Source of the DNA: Candidatus Eiseniibacteriota bacterium
Lineage (GTDB): Bacteria; Eisenbacteria; RBG-16-71-46
Length of the DNA: 64,000 nt
Reading direction: 5' to 3'
Assembly: GCA_963776245.1 (NCBI GenBank)
Contig: CAVZLN010000006.1
Span: forward strand, 1 to 64,000
Below, one piece after another: positions 20,103 through 33,363 of the stretch. The notes beneath the pieces were generated by a model, which saw only the letters and a program-made list of their open reading frames with translations, had not been told where the DNA came from and made no database searches. The position numbers and the translations under genes are program-made. Every line of letters begins with the position of its first letter. The stretch's first letter is position 1.

Positions 20103-21702
20103 CTAACGCGCGCCGAGCCAGGCCACGCGGCGCACCAGCGACCCGCGCTCGCTCGCGACCCGCGCGAAGTACACCCCCGCCGGCGCGTGCCCGCCCCCGT
20201 CGCGCTCGCCCTCCCATGCGACTCCGCCGGAGCCGCGCGCCAGCACGCGCGTCCAGATGGCTGCGGCCGGCGAGATCACGCAGTTCGAGTCGCACGGCGC
20301 CATCCGCGCCCGTCACCTCGAACCGCATGCTTCCGCGCGCCGGATTGGGGGTGGCCCGCAGGCCCAACCCGCCCGCTCCGCCCCCGCGCGGCCCGTCTAC
20401 CCCCGCGCTCGGCGTGGGCGTGAGGCGCAGCAGCACGAAGTCTCCGGCGTCGAGCGTCAGCGCCACGCGACCGCCCGCGTCCACCGCGAGTGAATCCCAG
20501 GTCGAGCCGTCGTCGCTCAGTCGCGACGCTCCCCCTGGGCCGACGAGCGTGAGCGTCACCGTCTGCGGCGCGAGCGAATCGGCGTTGGCGACGAAGACGC
20601 ACGCCGTGCCCGTGGAGTCCGCGAATCGGCCCAGCGTCGCGCGGCCCTCGACGGCGTCGACCCACGCGTCCGGCGCGAACGGCACGCCGCCGGGGGGCAC
20701 CGAGCCGGCGTGCTCGGTCCGGAGCCACTGCATCCCCGCGAGGGTGTTGCCGAGTGGCGCCAGGCGCGCGTTGAGCGTCTTCACCATGTCGTAGTAGGGC
20801 GTCTGCGCGCCGGTGTCCCACGCGATCATCGCGAGTTGCCAGGCGACCGGCGGCCCGGGCGTCCAGTAGGTGAAGTACCCGATGCCGCGCGCACCCCACG
20901 CGAGCCACTGCGCGACCTGCCAGCGCAGCATGCCCTCGGTGACATGGCGGTACACCCAGTGTTCCACCAGCTGGACGATGCCCCAGAACGGCAGGTCATT
21001 GGCGCGCGCGACCGCCGCGAGCGTCGCGATGTTCTCGGTCAGCTGCAGCGCGTCGCCGTCGATCCGGAAATCGTAGTGGTTGTTGCAGAGCACCGCCGGG
21101 TGCGTGGCGGCGACGTACTCCTCGACGTACGCCTGGAAGTCGGCCTGGCTCGCGAACGCTCCGATCGAGGGCAAGTCGTTCCACGCCGGGTGATCGGGAT
21201 CGCGCGTGCGCAGGATCCCGAACCACTCGCCCAGGCGCGGGAAGACGGACGCGGCGGGTTCGTCGCCCAGGTAGTAGCCGAGGAAGGCGGGGTCGTCCCG
21301 ATAGCGGGAGACGATCGTGTCCGCGAGCGCGAGCGATGCCGTGTCGGCGGCCGAGACCAGGTCGAGCTCGTTGTCGAGGAGCAGATTGCGCACCCCGGTG
21401 GGGCGCGTGGCGTCGAGTCGCAGGAGATTGTCCGCGACGGTGCCCGAGTCGTCCGCGGCGAGGACGGTCACATTGAACCCGGTGGCGGCGAGCTCGGCAT
21501 AGCGCGCCGGGGTCGTCGAGTCGCGCGGCGGGCTCACCCAGCCGAACAGCGCGAAGCGCGGCAGCGCCGCGCCGTATCCCGCATTGGCGTGTGCGGCGGG
21601 CGGGCGCTCGGCCGCGCGCGCCGGGCCGCACGCCGCGGCGAACAGGGCCACCAGCGCGAGGCACACCGACCGTCGAGCCGAGCGGGGCATGGACCTCTTC
21701 AT
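20103..21702 (-). CDS. Secreted glycoside-hydrolase-like (TIM-barrel) protein with a FlgD/T9SS-like C-terminal domain (frameshift near the 3' end)
   Basis: Signal peptide; FLGYYLGDEP, LAWGARGIGYFTYW; tail ATPNPARG...PAGVYFARV. Confidence 0.65.
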
Positions 21703-22009
21703 CGCGATGCCATCGCCGGTCACCGAGCGATGGGAGTCAGGGGGACGGGGCCTGGGCCCCGGTCGGATTCGCCGGTCGCTCACCGTGCGGCACGGGACTC
21801 ACCGGCTCGAACTCCGCCGGCAGTGTAGCGCAGGAGCCGCCGCCTCACGAAGGGATTCCCGCGGCGTCCCGGAACCCGGTGCCCGGGTCGTTTTCCGTTG
21901 AATGCATCGCGCGCACCATGCACACTGCTCGCGTCGATCGGGCCTCCACGAACTCGGCCGACGCGTCCATTCTGGGCGCGTGCGCCGGGCGGAACCCACA
22001 CGAGGCCAA

Positions 22010-24439
22010 ATGGTCGCCGCGCTCCCGGTCCTCACGCTCCTGATCGTCCTTGCCGCACCGGTCGACACCTCCTCGCCACCGCCCGCACCTGCGGCACCGC
22101 CGGAGACCACCGCGGTCCACCCGCGCGTGGTGCGCACCTTCCCGCCCATCGAGGTGAGCGCCCTGCTTCCCGACATGCGCGCGAGCCAGACCGTGCACCT
22201 GATCCCGGGCGCCGTGCTGCACTCCTTCCCCGTGCACGACCTCGCGGACGTCATCGCCCTGCAACCGGGCGTGGTGGCACAGGCCGAGGAGCTCCACGTG
22301 CGGGGCGGTCGCGCGGGCGAGACCGTGGTGAGCATGGACGGCCTGAGCCTCAACGAGCCGCTGCGCCACCGCGCGATGGGAGTGCCCCTGCTCGCGTTGC
22401 GCGGAGCGGAACTGGTGACCGGCGCCCCCGAGGCGCGCTACGGCGGCGGACTCGCCGGGGTCCTGGATCTGCGCACCGTGGATCCCGCGCCGCGGCCATC
22501 GCTGGAGTGGCGCTGGACCAGCGACGGGCGGCGCGGCACGCACTACGACCGGGTCGCCGCGCGCGCGGGCACGCCGCTCCACGCGCTCGGGCTCGGCGTG
22601 GTGGCGGCGGCCGACGCGACGCTCGACGACACCGCGTTGCCGATGCTGCGCACCGCGAGCCGGCACGAGGTGGCAGGCGGGTCGTTCGGGTGGCGGGCCG
22701 AGAACCGGATGCTCGGCTTCCTCAAGGTGGCTCCGGTGCGCGAACCCGAGCGTTACTCGGCGCAGCTGCTGGTCAGCCGCGGGGTGCACCGGCCCTACAA
22801 CCCGAGCTGGTCCCTCGACGGCTGGACCTACGTGCCCGCGAATCTCAAGACCTCGCCGACCTTCAGTCCGGAGCCGCTGCCGGGTTACCAGCGCTACCGC
22901 GCCGCCGACCACCTCGCCATCACCGATGAACGACAGGCGGCCGCGCTGATCCGGGTCGCGACCCTGCACGAGCGCGGCCGCGGCAGCCTCGGCCTCGGAT
23001 GGCTGCGGGCGCAGAGTGTCACCTCGGTCGGCGGCAGGCGCGAGCCGGCGAGCGCGGCGCATCGGCCGAAGTACGGGAAGCCGGTCGACCGCGATGGCTT
23101 CCATGTGCTGTGGGGCGACTACCCGCTCTACCGCGAGAGCGACTGCGACGTGCTCACGCTGCGGGGCGACGGCGAACTGCGCCGCAAGGACGGCAGCAGC
23201 GTGAGCAGCGGCGCGGGCCTCACCTACGAGTCGGTGTCCATGCGCGAGATGGATTGGATGCCGTTGACCATGCGCTCCGGGGACATCGGGCTGCCCCCGC
23301 CGCTGGATTCCCTCCGCAGCTATCGGGCGTACGCGCCCGGCGGGTACGCCTACGCCCAGGGTCGCTGGCTCAGCGGCGGGATGATCCTGAACGCCGGGCT
23401 GCGCACGGAGTACTTCACCCCGGGCCCGCAGGCCACGCAGCAGACCCTGCCGGGAAGCGCGGCCGGCATCTGGTCGTTCGCGCCCCGGCTCGGCCTGGCC
23501 TATCCCATCTCGGTGCGCGACGTGTTCTCGTTCGCGTACGTGCGCATGCAGCAGGCCCCGGGACGGGATTACCTGTACGACCAGCGCACCGCGATCAGCG
23601 ATCGCCAGCCGCTCGGCAATCCGGCGCTCGGGCCGGCGACCCTGATCTCCTACGAGGCCGCGGTGAAGCACCTCGCCGGGCCCCGGTGGGCGATGCAGAC
23701 CTCGGTGTTCTACCGCGACGTGTTCGGCCAGGTGGGCACGGTGGACCAGCAGATCGCGGAGGGCCCGATCAACCTGCGGTACGCCGGAGAGGATCAGAGC
23801 CACGTCTCGGGCTGGGAGCTGAGCGTGATCCACTCCGCGGCGCGCCGCCACCTCGAGGCGCACTACACGTGGATGGTCGCGGCGGGGAACGAGTCCCGTC
23901 CCGAGGGCGATCCGTACGGCCCGGTGCGCGCGGCGAACACCCCGGCGATCGGCACCCAGCCGCTGTCGTGGGATCGCCGCCACTCGTTCCTGTTCGCCGG
24001 CGCGTGGCAGTGGAGCCCGAGCGCATCGCTGGCCTGGTCCACCGCGCTGTCCTCGCCGCTGCCGTGGACGCCCAAGCAGCGGCGCCAGATGCTCACCGAC
24101 CTCGGGCTCATCAACAGCCGCCGTCTCGGGTGGACGGAGAACACCGATCTCGACCTGAGCTGGTCGCCGCGCCGCGCGCTCGGGCTCGCGTTCGGTCTCG
24201 AGGTCCGCAATCTGTGGAACGGTCGCGCGGAGCGCGCTGCGACCGTGGACGGCTACCCCAACCCGATCATCAACACGCTCTACGACGACTACGGCGCGTA
24301 TCGCACCGAGACCGGGCTCGGAGGCGGCGCCTACTGGTCGCAGATGCCGGGCGAGGAGGGGCACTGGGTCCCGGTGCACGACGCGCGGCTCTACGCGCCC
24401 CCGCGCACGGTGCGGATGAGCGTCGGCGGGCGGTGGTGA
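22010..24439 (+). CDS. TonB-dependent receptor
   Basis: Plug LQPGVV...LHVRGGRAGE...EARYGGGLAGVL; barrel motifs LNAGLRTEYF, FAPRLGLAYPI, GNPALGP; C-terminal W. Confidence 0.85.
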   Translation: MVAALPVLTLLIVLAAPVDTSSPPPAPAAPPETTAVHPRVVRTFPPIEVSALLPDMRASQTVHLIPGAVLHSFPVHDLADVIALQPGVVAQAEELHVRGGRAGETVVSMDGLSLNEPLRHRAMGVPLLALRGAELVTGAPEARYGGGLAGVLDLRTVDPAPRPSLEWRWTSDGRRGTHYDRVAARAGTPLHALGLGVVAAADATLDDTALPMLRTASRHEVAGGSFGWRAENRMLGFLKVAPVREPERYSAQLLVSRGVHRPYNPSWSLDGWTYVPANLKTSPTFSPEPLPGYQRYRAADHLAITDERQAAALIRVATLHERGRGSLGLGWLRAQSVTSVGGRREPASAAHRPKYGKPVDRDGFHVLWGDYPLYRESDCDVLTLRGDGELRRKDGSSVSSGAGLTYESVSMREMDWMPLTMRSGDIGLPPPLDSLRSYRAYAPGGYAYAQGRWLSGGMILNAGLRTEYFTPGPQATQQTLPGSAAGIWSFAPRLGLAYPISVRDVFSFAYVRMQQAPGRDYLYDQRTAISDRQPLGNPALGPATLISYEAAVKHLAGPRWAMQTSVFYRDVFGQVGTVDQQIAEGPINLRYAGEDQSHVSGWELSVIHSAARRHLEAHYTWMVAAGNESRPEGDPYGPVRAANTPAIGTQPLSWDRRHSFLFAGAWQWSPSASLAWSTALSSPLPWTPKQRRQMLTDLGLINSRRLGWTENTDLDLSWSPRRALGLAFGLEVRNLWNGRAERAATVDGYPNPIINTLYDDYGAYRTETGLGGGAYWSQMPGEEGHWVPVHDARLYAPPRTVRMSVGGRW

Positions 24440-24511
24440 TCCGGTCCCGGTGCTGCCGCGTCCCCGCGCACCGGCTCCCGTGGCGTCCGGTCGCCCGGCC
24501 GCGCCGACGGA

Positions 24512-26329
24512 TCAGGGCGTTCCCGCGCGCGACCGGATGAAGAACTTCTTCTGTTCGAGCGCCGATGGAAGCGCGGGATCGTGCGCGAGCGCCGAGTCCA
24601 CGTACGCCTCGGCGCGCACCGGATCGCCCGCGCCCATGGTCAGGTACCCGAGCCGCGACCAGGCCTGCGCGTGCACCGGCGAGACCGCCACCGTCTGGCG
24701 GAAGCGCTCCGCGGCCTCCTCGAGGCGGCGGGACTGCATGTACGCGAGGCCGGCCTGGTAGAGCAGGCGCGGGTTGGGACCGCCGCACTCGACCGCCTGG
24801 TCGAACAGTCTCGCCGCCCGATCGGGGTCGCCATCATTGAATGAGCGCGTGCCGAGAAAGTCGTAGGCCTGGGTCCGGGTCGCGGCGCTCCACGCCGGCC
24901 GGGCCTCGAGCAGCCTCATCAGGCGCCCCCGCGCCGCGGCGCCGTCCACGTGCAGCCACCACGTGGACGCGAGCACGGCGAGCGCGAAGGTGACCGCCGG
25001 CCCGAGCGTCGCGCGCGCCCCCCTGCCCTGCCAGCTCTCGACCAGCGCACCGGCCGTGAGGCAGGCGACCAATGTCCCCGCGCCGGTGGCGACGTCCCAG
25101 TCACGCGCCCATCCGCCCCCCGGCTCCACCCCCAGCAGCAACAGCATGAATCCGCCGATCGCGAGCGCCGCCGCGGGCGCGACCGAGAAGCGCGCGCCGG
25201 GCCGCGGAGCGCCGTGGCGTGCGCGCGCGCGCCACACCCCCCACGCGGCGGCGGCCCCCATCCACGACAATGGCACCAGGTAGGCGAGCGCGTTGAGCGC
25301 GTTCGAGACGCGCACCAGCGCGTCCAGCGCGCCATGGTCCGCACGCGCCCTCGCGACGGTGCCGCCCGGCAGGTGGACGTTGCGATCGAAGTGGAGCGCG
25401 AGGTCGAGCGTGCGCGGGAACATCAGCGCGAACGCCGCCACCACGACGGCCGCCGCGCCCAGCACCTCGGCGCGCGCGCGCCCGCCGACCGCGCTGCGGT
25501 GGGCGCGGAACAGCGTCCACGCCAGCGCCGGCACCAGCAGATACGCCGAGCGGTGGGCCAGCGCCGCGATCGTCGCGCCGAGGGCCAGCGTCCAGACGCC
25601 GCGCCCGGTGCGGGCGAGCTGGACCGTGCCGAGCGCGGCGAGCACCAGCCCCACCATCAGCGGGCCGAACTTGTCGTAGCCGGCGAAGTGCACGACCAGC
25701 GCGCCCCCGGCGAGGGCGAGCGCGCCCGCCGGCAGGGCGCTGCCGCGCGCGCCGCAGGCACGCACGAACCGGATGCCGGCGAACAGGAACACCGCCCCGA
25801 CCACGGCGCCCACCCGCTGGAGCGCCGCCTCGTCGCTCATCCCCGCCGACCTCAGCGCGCGCGGCAGCTCGAGATTCAGCAGGCGATCGAGCGGATAAGC
25901 CTGCGCCACCAGCGCCGGCGAGAGCTTGATCGTGCCGAGCATGCCGAGGCGCATGGCCGCGTCGCCGGGGAAGCGCAGCGGATCGCGCAGCGCGGCGAGG
26001 GCGGCCCCGCCCGCGACGCTCGCGACCAGATCGGCGAGGCGCCCGCCCCGCATCCACGCTTCGCCCAGCCACGCCGATCCGCGCTCCACGACGCGGGCCA
26101 CCGGCGGGAGCCAGCCCGCGAGCGCCAGCGCGGCGAGCGCGAACGCCTCGGGTGCGGGCCGCGCCCGGAATCCATCCACTCCCCAGAGCCAGTTGGTGGA
26201 CCACGCCATCGCCGCCAATCGCGCCGCGAGGCCGAGCGCGAGCGCGACGAACAGGGCCCGGGCCAGCGGCTCGGCGCTCGCCGCGGCCGGCACGGGGCGC
26301 GGAGGAACGGATGGGCGGCGGGCAGGCAT
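24512..26329 (-). CDS. Polytopic membrane protein with C-terminal TPR repeats
   Basis: Many TM segments, RDWD motif, TPRs (LLYQAGLAY...AWSRLGYL). Confidence 0.7.
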   Translation of the reverse strand: MPARRPSVPPRPVPAAASAEPLARALFVALALGLAARLAAMAWSTNWLWGVDGFRARPAPEAFALAALALAGWLPPVARVVERGSAWLGEAWMRGGRLADLVASVAGGAALAALRDPLRFPGDAAMRLGMLGTIKLSPALVAQAYPLDRLLNLELPRALRSAGMSDEAALQRVGAVVGAVFLFAGIRFVRACGARGSALPAGALALAGGALVVHFAGYDKFGPLMVGLVLAALGTVQLARTGRGVWTLALGATIAALAHRSAYLLVPALAWTLFRAHRSAVGGRARAEVLGAAAVVVAAFALMFPRTLDLALHFDRNVHLPGGTVARARADHGALDALVRVSNALNALAYLVPLSWMGAAAAWGVWRARARHGAPRPGARFSVAPAAALAIGGFMLLLLGVEPGGGWARDWDVATGAGTLVACLTAGALVESWQGRGARATLGPAVTFALAVLASTWWLHVDGAAARGRLMRLLEARPAWSAATRTQAYDFLGTRSFNDGDPDRAARLFDQAVECGGPNPRLLYQAGLAYMQSRRLEEAAERFRQTVAVSPVHAQAWSRLGYLTMGAGDPVRAEAYVDSALAHDPALPSALEQKKFFIRSRAGTP

Positions 26330-26589
26330 GGGGACCGATGATAGGCGTCCGGTTCGCCCGCTGCCAGCCGGACGATGGAGGCGTCGCCGGCGGGCCGTGC
26401 CGGCGCGAATGCGGGCGGGTTCGCGGGGCGTCCGGTCGCGGCGCCGGGCTCCCCCCGGCGGGGCCGGGCGGGAAACGGCCGGCCGGCGCCTTCCCTGCGT
26501 GGCCCGCATCGAATATGTTCCATGCGACCGTCGGGCTGCCGCACGAGAGTCCTCGGGCGCCACCGGCTGGGAGCCAAGGAGAAGGAGCC

Positions 26590-27462
26590 ATGCGCAGACC
26601 TGTGCTGTTCACCCTCGTCGCCGTCATCCTGCTGCTGGTGGTCGCGACCTCCATCATGTTCGTGCGGTATCGGAAGTCCTCGGCGGACTACGTGGACATG
26701 AAGCTCCGCGAGGAGACGGCACGGACCGGATACGCCGAGGCCTTCAGCGCCGTCACCGAGATCCAGGACAGCCTCACCGCCCTCGCCCTCGGTGACACCG
26801 CGGTGCGGATGCTGAGCCGCAATCTCAACGACGAGCAGAAGCCGACGGCGATGCAGCGGCGCGAGGCGCTGGACCGCATCGCCTACCTCGGCGCGAGCAT
26901 CCAGCGCAGCAAGGAGAAGCTCGCCCGGCTCGAGGCCAGCCTCGCGAAGAGCGGCCTCAAGGTCGCGAGCCTCCAGAACATGATCGGCTCGCTCAAGCAG
27001 TCGCTGGCCTACAAGGAGGCGATCGTCGCGACCCTCGCCGGGCGGGTGGATTCGCTGCAGACCCGCGTCGGCGGCCTGGAGACCGAGGTGCAGCAGGGCG
27101 CCGAGACGATCCGTGCCCGCGAGCAGACCATCGCCGAGACCCAGCGCGAGCTGGCGACCATCTACTACATCGTCGGCACCAAGAAGGCGCTCATCAACGC
27201 GGGCGTGCTCGAGGCCAAGGGCGGCATCCTCGAGCTCGGCAAGACCCTCCAGCTGTCGGGGCACTACACCGAGAGCCTGTTCACCCCGATGGACACCGAC
27301 CGGGAGAGTGTCATCCCCACCGCCGCGGCCCGGGTGCAGGTGATGAGCGCGCAGCCGAAGTCGAGCTACGAGGTGAGGACTGTCGACGGGCGTGCGGAGA
27401 TCCACATCTTGGATGCGAAGGAGTTCCGCAAGGTGAAGCACGCGGTGCTCATGACGCGCTAG
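26590..27462 (+). CDS. Membrane-anchored coiled-coil protein
   Basis: AGGAG RBS, N-terminal TM helix, long heptad region, C-terminal YYIVGTKKAL...GGIL domain. Confidence 0.8.
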   Translation: MRRPVLFTLVAVILLLVVATSIMFVRYRKSSADYVDMKLREETARTGYAEAFSAVTEIQDSLTALALGDTAVRMLSRNLNDEQKPTAMQRREALDRIAYLGASIQRSKEKLARLEASLAKSGLKVASLQNMIGSLKQSLAYKEAIVATLAGRVDSLQTRVGGLETEVQQGAETIRAREQTIAETQRELATIYYIVGTKKALINAGVLEAKGGILELGKTLQLSGHYTESLFTPMDTDRESVIPTAAARVQVMSAQPKSSYEVRTVDGRAEIHILDAKEFRKVKHAVLMTR

Positions 27463-27471
27463 CGGCCGGGC

Positions 27472-29091
27472 TCAGAACCTCCAGCTCAGCCCGAGCTGGG
27501 CCTGACGCGTCGGATCGGCGCCCCCGCGCTCGGCCTGGGCGTTGAGGTCGAGGTAGGCGCGGCGCGCCAGCATCAGCTCGAGGGCGGCGCTTGCCCAGCG
27601 CACCTCGTCCGCGACCGATGATCCCACGTCCTCGCTGCGCCGGGTCCCGCCCGCGAGCTCGAGGTGCGCGCCCTCGAGTGGGTCGATGCCCGCTCCCACC
27701 GAGGTCAGCTGGTTCGCCAGCCCCGCCCCGCTGATGCGGGCATGGCGCGCACGCAGCGCGAGGTTGAACGCCCCGAGCCGGTAGGCATCCAGCCTCGTCG
27801 ACCATCCGTTCTGGTCTGCTTCGCCGGCGACCGAACTGGTGCGCGCTTCGGCGCCGAGCCGGACGTGATTCGCGAGATCGAGCGTGCCCCCCGCCCACGC
27901 GCCGCGGCGGTACCGGTCGAGGAATCGGGTCTCCGGCGTCTCGTGGTCGCGATAGAGCCAGACGTTCCGACGGCTGTCGAGGCCCGCGAACACCGACAGC
28001 TCGGGGCTCGCCGCCGAGAGCGGCGTGGCGGCCCTGACGCGGTACGCCAGGTTGAGGTCGGTGCCGGTGGAGGTCAGCGCCGCGGACCCGGCGTCCCTTT
28101 TCCAGCCGCGGTTGTAGTCCACCTCCTGCTGGAGCGAAGCGGTCAGCCGGCGGTCCGCGTACGCGGCCTGCAGGAACCCGAAGTCGCGGTTCGGATGCCC
28201 GCGGTCGGACGACGTGATCGCGCCGCCGGACACCGAGTAGCGCGCGATGGCGGGGGCCGGCTGGTGCCACGACGCGTAACCGCCACCCTGCACGATGTGA
28301 CCCGAGACCGCGAGTCGCGCGGGGTCCGGCTGGGTGCCGGCGAACAGGCCGAAGTCCCAACGCGCGCTCCGCGTCTCGGCCAGCGCGCCGTCGAACAGGT
28401 TCACCGGCGAGAGCGCCGGCGAGAGCAGGCGTCCCACCGTGAAGCGCCGGCGGTCCCCTGAATCCCGCACGCCGACCGAGGCGCGATAGACGAATCCGCG
28501 GTCGCGGGTGACCGATACGGTTCCCGGGCGGCGGCTGACGAAGCGCCGGCCCCGAAAGTCGAGCGCCACGTCGAGCGGGCTCCCCCCCAGTCGTGTGCCC
28601 TCGATCCGGGCATCCACGGCGGGCTGCGAGAGCCGCACGCCGCCGTCGCTGGTCAGCCCGAGGTAGCGTGCGCCGATGCGGCCATGCAGACCGCCCGCGC
28701 GGGCCGCCGGGTGCGCGCGCGGGCCCGGTCGCGCGGCGCTGTCCGAGCCCGCCACGACGTTTCCCGCACCCGACGCGTCGCGCGCGTCCCCGGCGTGCGG
28801 CGTGAAGCTCGCCGCGTCCCCCGGCTGCACCACCGCCCACGTCTGCAGCGTGTCGCACGCCGCGCGATGCGAGGACAGGAACGACACCCGGAGCCACGCG
28901 ATGGTGTGTCCCTCGCGCGTCACCTCGAGCGAGTCGCCCTCGCGGAGGCCGTCGTGCTGGCCGGCGTCCACGTAGACCGACCGGCCGGTGACGTAGTCCA
29001 CCGTGGTGGCGGCACGCTCGGCGCGCGCGCCCGCGGCGAACGGCGGAAGCATCGCGCCGATCGCCATCGCCATCCACATCCACCGGTTCAC
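27472..29091 (-). CDS. Outer-membrane beta-barrel protein associated with a multiheme cytochrome
   Basis: Signal peptide, N-terminal VYVDAGQHDGLREGD domain, amphipathic beta-strands, C-terminal LGLSWRF barrel signal. Confidence 0.7.
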   Translation of the reverse strand: MNRWMWMAMAIGAMLPPFAAGARAERAATTVDYVTGRSVYVDAGQHDGLREGDSLEVTREGHTIAWLRVSFLSSHRAACDTLQTWAVVQPGDAASFTPHAGDARDASGAGNVVAGSDSAARPGPRAHPAARAGGLHGRIGARYLGLTSDGGVRLSQPAVDARIEGTRLGGSPLDVALDFRGRRFVSRRPGTVSVTRDRGFVYRASVGVRDSGDRRRFTVGRLLSPALSPVNLFDGALAETRSARWDFGLFAGTQPDPARLAVSGHIVQGGGYASWHQPAPAIARYSVSGGAITSSDRGHPNRDFGFLQAAYADRRLTASLQQEVDYNRGWKRDAGSAALTSTGTDLNLAYRVRAATPLSAASPELSVFAGLDSRRNVWLYRDHETPETRFLDRYRRGAWAGGTLDLANHVRLGAEARTSSVAGEADQNGWSTRLDAYRLGAFNLALRARHARISGAGLANQLTSVGAGIDPLEGAHLELAGGTRRSEDVGSSVADEVRWASAALELMLARRAYLDLNAQAERGGADPTRQAQLGLSWRF

Positions 29092-29104
29092 GGGGCGCCC
29101 CGGC

Positions 29105-30193
29105 TCAGTTGCCGGCCTGGCCGGAGGGGTGGCATCGGTAGCACGCGCTGCTGACGTACTGATAGCCGCCGACTCCACTGTGCCGCGGGGTGGTGTTGGC
29201 GCTGGTGTGACATCCGCCGGTCAGGCAGTTGAAGCTCGCGTAGTCGGTCGGCACGTCGTGGCAGGTGGTGCACGCGATGCCGGCATGGCGCCCGGAGACG
29301 ATCGGGAAGAACGCGCCGTGGTCGAACGTCCAGCCGCACCGGCTCACGTCGTGGCAGGTGACGCACCGGGTCGAGAACCCGGCGGCGGCGTGATTCGGAG
29401 CCGCGGTGCCGTCGTAGGCCGCCCGATGGCAGGCGTAGCAGTCGGTGGGCGGTGAAGCCGTCCACGGATCGCCGTGGCATTGCACGCACGTCACCGGCGG
29501 CAGGTGCGGGCAGGTGAGCGGGAAACCGCTCGCCCCATGATCGAACCGGGCCGGCGACCACGTCATCATCGAGTGACAGCGCGTGCAATCGCTGGAGAAG
29601 TTCCGGTGATCGGGCACCGCGCCCGGGGTGTGACACGCGCGGCACGCCGCGGCCGTGCCGACGAATCGCAGGTGCCCCTGCGCCGTCGGCGGATGGCAGG
29701 ACTCGCACTCGATCGCGCCGTGAGCACCGACCAGCGGGAAGCGCGTCATCTGGTGCATGCTCACCATCGCGGCGCGGTCGAGGAAGCTGCGCGCGGTGTG
29801 GCAGCGCCCGCAGTCGCCGCCGAATTCGCCGAGGTGCGGGTCCTGATGGCACGCGGCGCACTGCTTGCGCTGCTGCTCCGCGGTGAAGTCGAGCGAGGCG
29901 TGGCACGCCACGCAGCTCACCGAGGAGTGCGCGCCGGTGAGCGGGAACCCCGAGCGTTTGGCGTGGTTGAAGCGCCGGCTGATGCGCGCGGGCTTCCAGC
30001 CCTGGTCGCCGTGGCACTCCGCGCAGTCGCCGGTGAACCGCCCGTGGGGATACGCGGGCTCGCCGGGCGGCGCGGCGGCCGGCCGATCGGCCACCGCGCC
30101 GGCCAGTCCCGACGCCACGAGCATCAGCGCGAGGACCGCCGGCGCTGCGCGGCGCGCCGGCAGCCTCCGCGGGACGCGACCTTCGAGTTCCAC
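29105..30193 (-). CDS. Multiheme cytochrome c (12 CxxCH plus 1 CX4CH)
   Basis: CAECH, CVACH, CAACH, CGRCH, CESCH, CRACH, CTRCH, CVQCH, CYACH, CVTCH, CTTCH, CLTGGCH, CYRCH; repeated FPLxGxH; signal peptide. Confidence 0.95.
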   Translation of the reverse strand: MELEGRVPRRLPARRAAPAVLALMLVASGLAGAVADRPAAAPPGEPAYPHGRFTGDCAECHGDQGWKPARISRRFNHAKRSGFPLTGAHSSVSCVACHASLDFTAEQQRKQCAACHQDPHLGEFGGDCGRCHTARSFLDRAAMVSMHQMTRFPLVGAHGAIECESCHPPTAQGHLRFVGTAAACRACHTPGAVPDHRNFSSDCTRCHSMMTWSPARFDHGASGFPLTCPHLPPVTCVQCHGDPWTASPPTDCYACHRAAYDGTAAPNHAAAGFSTRCVTCHDVSRCGWTFDHGAFFPIVSGRHAGIACTTCHDVPTDYASFNCLTGGCHTSANTTPRHSGVGGYQYVSSACYRCHPSGQAGN

Positions 30194-30262
30194 GCGTGAC
30201 CTCCGGGGGGATTCGGACCCGGTCGGCCCGGGCCCACACCGGACCTCAGCCGGCGTGAACGA

Positions 30263-32332
<2,070 letters not shown>

Positions 32333-32610
32333 GGAGACATCCTCCGGGGGTTGGCGATCGCGGGTACCGGTGCGCGGGCATCCTAGCGCGAGTCGGGCGC
32401 CGGTGCACCGTCGAGCGCGCTGCGGCGCGACCCGCGCCGGTCCCGGGACGCGAGGGCCGGGGCATCCGTGCGTCCCGCCGCCGGTGGTGATAGTCTGATT
32501 CCGACCCCCCGAAGCACCGGCGCCGGTCGGTTCCGTCACGCCGGCCCGGCTCGCGCAGTACCCTTCGAACCCCGTGCGTGTCGAGCGTGGGGTTCTTCCG
32601 TTCTGGAGCC

Positions 32611-33363
32611 ATGATGCCCCGAAGGCTCGTCGACTGGGACACCGGCGAGATGCTCACCTCCGAGGAGGAGCTGATGATCGACGAACTCGAAGCCATGCTG
32701 CGGCCGCCCGTGCTGCACATGGCCCCGTATCCCCCCAAGGCGATCACCCTCGCGAGCGGCGAGGTGATGGTGGTCCGCCAGGCCTCGGTCGACGAGGTCG
32801 ACACGATGCTCAAGGTCATCCAGCCGCTCTCGTGGCTGAACCGCGACTACTACGACATCGTCTCGGCGCGCCTGTTCTCCGAGCTGCTGGGCTGGAAGAC
32901 CTATCGCGTGCGCAACGAGTACTGCCTGGTCGGCGTCATCGACGGGGTGCTCGCCGGCATCGTCAACGGCCGGATGTTCGACGAGAAGCACGGGATCAGC
33001 TACCACACGCTCACGCTCAAGCGCGGGCTGCGGGTGGGCTCCCACCTGTTCGCGTCCAAGATGGAGCACCACATCGAGTACCTCGGCCAGGACGAGGTCT
33101 GGATCGTGGCCGAGAGCCCGATCGGGCACCGCCGGTGGATGATCGAGTACCCGCTGGACAAGAAGTTCGAGATCCAGCACGAGCTGGGCGGCGCGCCCTC
33201 GTGGGTGCTCAAGAAGGACGTCTACTACCGGGCCAAGGAGCGTCTGGTGACCGGCACGCGTCCGGTGTCCGCGGAACTGCTGGCGAAGTCCTACCCGATC
33301 CGCGAGCCGGACCTGCGCGTGATGCTCACCCAGATCGAGGACACGCTGGAGGCCCGCGTATGA
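32611..33363 (+). CDS. GNAT-like N-acetyltransferase family protein, first gene of the operon
   Basis: Clean ORF with [12 protein letters not shown] resembles the acetyl-CoA-binding motif A; stop overlaps the next start (ATGA). Confidence 0.55.
   Translation: MMPRRLVDWDTGEMLTSEEELMIDELEAMLRPPVLHMAPYPPKAITLASGEVMVVRQASVDEVDTMLKVIQPLSWLNRDYYDIVSARLFSELLGWKTYRVRNEYCLVGVIDGVLAGIVNGRMFDEKHGISYHTLTLKRGLRVGSHLFASKMEHHIEYLGQDEVWIVAESPIGHRRWMIEYPLDKKFEIQHELGGAPSWVLKKDVYYRAKERLVTGTRPVSAELLAKSYPIREPDLRVMLTQIEDTLEARV

Noticed and set aside
21780..22010. Cobalamin riboswitch upstream of the TonB receptor
   Set aside because: No recognisable B12-box or conserved core; an Rfam scan would be needed to exclude it fully.
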